A stretch of DNA of 64,000 nt from Diadema antillarum (taxonomy: Eukaryota): NCBI RefSeq assembly GCF_040938485.1, contig NW_027270918.1:5580001-5644000 (forward strand). The letters are read 5' to 3'. Shown here piece by piece: positions 62,251 through 64,000 of the stretch. Positions within the stretch are counted from its first letter, which is position 1; each line of letters starts with the position of its first letter. Below the pieces are notes generated by a model, which saw nothing but the letters and a program-made list of their open reading frames with translations, did no database searches and had not been told where the DNA came from. A program made the translations under genes and the position numbers.

Positions 62251-63635
62251 TTCTGTCCCCTTTGTCAGTTAACCGCTTCCCTCAAACGAAGAGCACTTTT
62301 CAGCAATGTGTATGTTTGTCGTAGCATTAAATACTGATGAAAGTTTGGCACAACATGTGAACATTTCACCTTTGAATTCAAATGAGGTACCCCGCCATCA
62401 AAGCAATGTACCGTATCGGCAACACTAAATGACGTTTTGCCAAAAGCCTATTTGAATGTTCTGTTCTTCAAAAGTTTCCACAATGTACACATTTACAAAG
62501 CACGTCAAAGCAATTACCTCCCTTCTTCTACAATGGCTGCGAATCAGAGATAGCATGAGCTAAATAGATGTCTCCGTAAACAAATTCCAAATGAACCTCT
62601 CTGGAATTCGCCTATCTGACTTGGGCTATTATTAGTAAGCTGAAGTTAAACTTAACTCGTTATATAGAACTCTAGATAAAGAACACCCCGTTTCTTCAAG
62701 ATTATCCCCTTCATACCTTTGGCAAACTCGGGGTACCGCCAGATAGACTTGAAACAATTATAATGCTGTGTGTCTGGGAGTTGCTTCGCAAAGGCGGTAC
62801 AAAATTTTTCCTTCTACATAGTGAACTATTCAGAAATCTGGAAAGGCTGTTGGTTGTAGGAAGTGGGTTTTAGAAGAAACTGAGTTGAGGTGGATTTTGC
62901 TTGTGAGCATTCAGGATTGAACAGAGTTGTGTGATAGAGAACATTTAATCTTTAACCTTCGTGATTATCAAACTGGTTTGAAGCCCAGTCATCATGATTG
63001 AATAGTTTGATTTATTAGTGCTTTGAATGCATCTATTGCTGACCGTAGAAACCAACGGTTAATGTGTAGTGCTAACAAAGTGAATGATGAGAAATAACAT
63101 GGCGATCAATCCTTTAACTGACAGCATCAGATGCTCAGAAGAATCTGTTTACATTACCGTCTTCTAAGTAAGGTGCCGTATTTAGCATTCCAAATAGACT
63201 TCCAGATTATTCGTTCTATTTCTAAAGAAGAAAACTCATTATTTGCCATTCGAGATCAAAGTTCATACCAATAAACTATTCAAAGGCTCTCAAGCTTGGT
63301 TTTTTTCTTTTAATCTTGGAAGACCCCCTTCCCCATAGATATTGTAAAAAGTGCAAGAAGTGCTAACCTAGCTTATTTGATATTGTCAACTACTTATGTC
63401 ACGTATTTGCACTAATGTGTTCATATTTTTGTTCGTACAGTTGTTCGTTATATGGTAAAGCATTTGTTTCTTCTTCATGTTCTTTGTTTGGTGGTTGTTT
63501 TCTAATTTCTCAGTCTTTTTTATTGGGGTGGGGGGGGGGAGTTCACCTTCAGATTCCGTATACCACAATAAAGAGCTCAACTGGGCCTTGTGGACTTTTT
63601 AGGAAACAGACTACAGTGTAGGGCCTACACTGTAC

Positions 63636-64000
63636 TGGGGTCACCCCACGAGTCATATAGCCCACGAGTTCGACATTGAAAAAAGGTCCATGAGTCATAC
63701 AGCCCATAAACTTGACACAATAGGCAGAAAAGGCCCACGAGACTGACACTACGTACATTAAACCCCATGATGTTCACGTCGGTCTGATGGGCCGTTTTTG
63801 CTTAGTGTCGGAATCGTGGGCATCGTTTACCAAGTGTCGTACTCATGGGAATTATTTGCGTAGTGTGGAGCTGGTGGACAGTATAGCTCGTTGGCCTTGT
63901 TCACCTATTTTCTTGCTCGTATAATAGGTTGTAAGACTCGTGTGCTGTATACGACTCGTTGGCTGCTTTACTCGTGGGCTGAATGACTCGTGGGTGTCCA
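63636..64000. repeat. Probable DNA-transposon remnant with CCCACGAG / CTCGTGGG motif arrays, cut by the window end
   Basis: CCCACGAG variants on the left and CTCGTGGG variants on the right. Confidence 0.45.

Overview
Eukaryotic, AT-rich, intron-containing DNA. It is most likely from an echinoderm such as a sea urchin, which I infer from gene content and repeat types and have not verified. No CRISPR arrays, rRNA or intact tRNA genes were seen. Main content: (1) a tandem array of four two-exon class A GPCR genes on the minus strand (about 394-398 aa each; phase-0 GT-AG intron in ICL3), plus an inverted decayed fragment of a fifth copy at about 52 kb. They align without gaps to the histamine H3/H4 and muscarinic TM3 but all lack the amine-binding Asp3.32, and three of four carry Arg/Lys at 3.33. 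(2) A complete six-exon clan-2 cytochrome P450 gene (512 aa, minus strand, 54714-62250) whose five introns are all phase 1. (3) Two broken SRCR-domain exons on the plus strand between GPCR copies 3 and 4, separated by a TTTAGGG-containing minisatellite. (4) A dense transposon load: a nested PIF/Harbinger-like complex at 18.7-24.7 kb with MADF-gene and transposase remnants, several MITEs whose empty sites are visible in the paralogous units, Ingi/Vingi-like and L1-like LINE fragments, and tRNA-derived elements, one with a pseudo-LTR-like layout and a 12-bp target duplication. Exon boundaries, alignments and identities were read by eye without tools and need confirmation.
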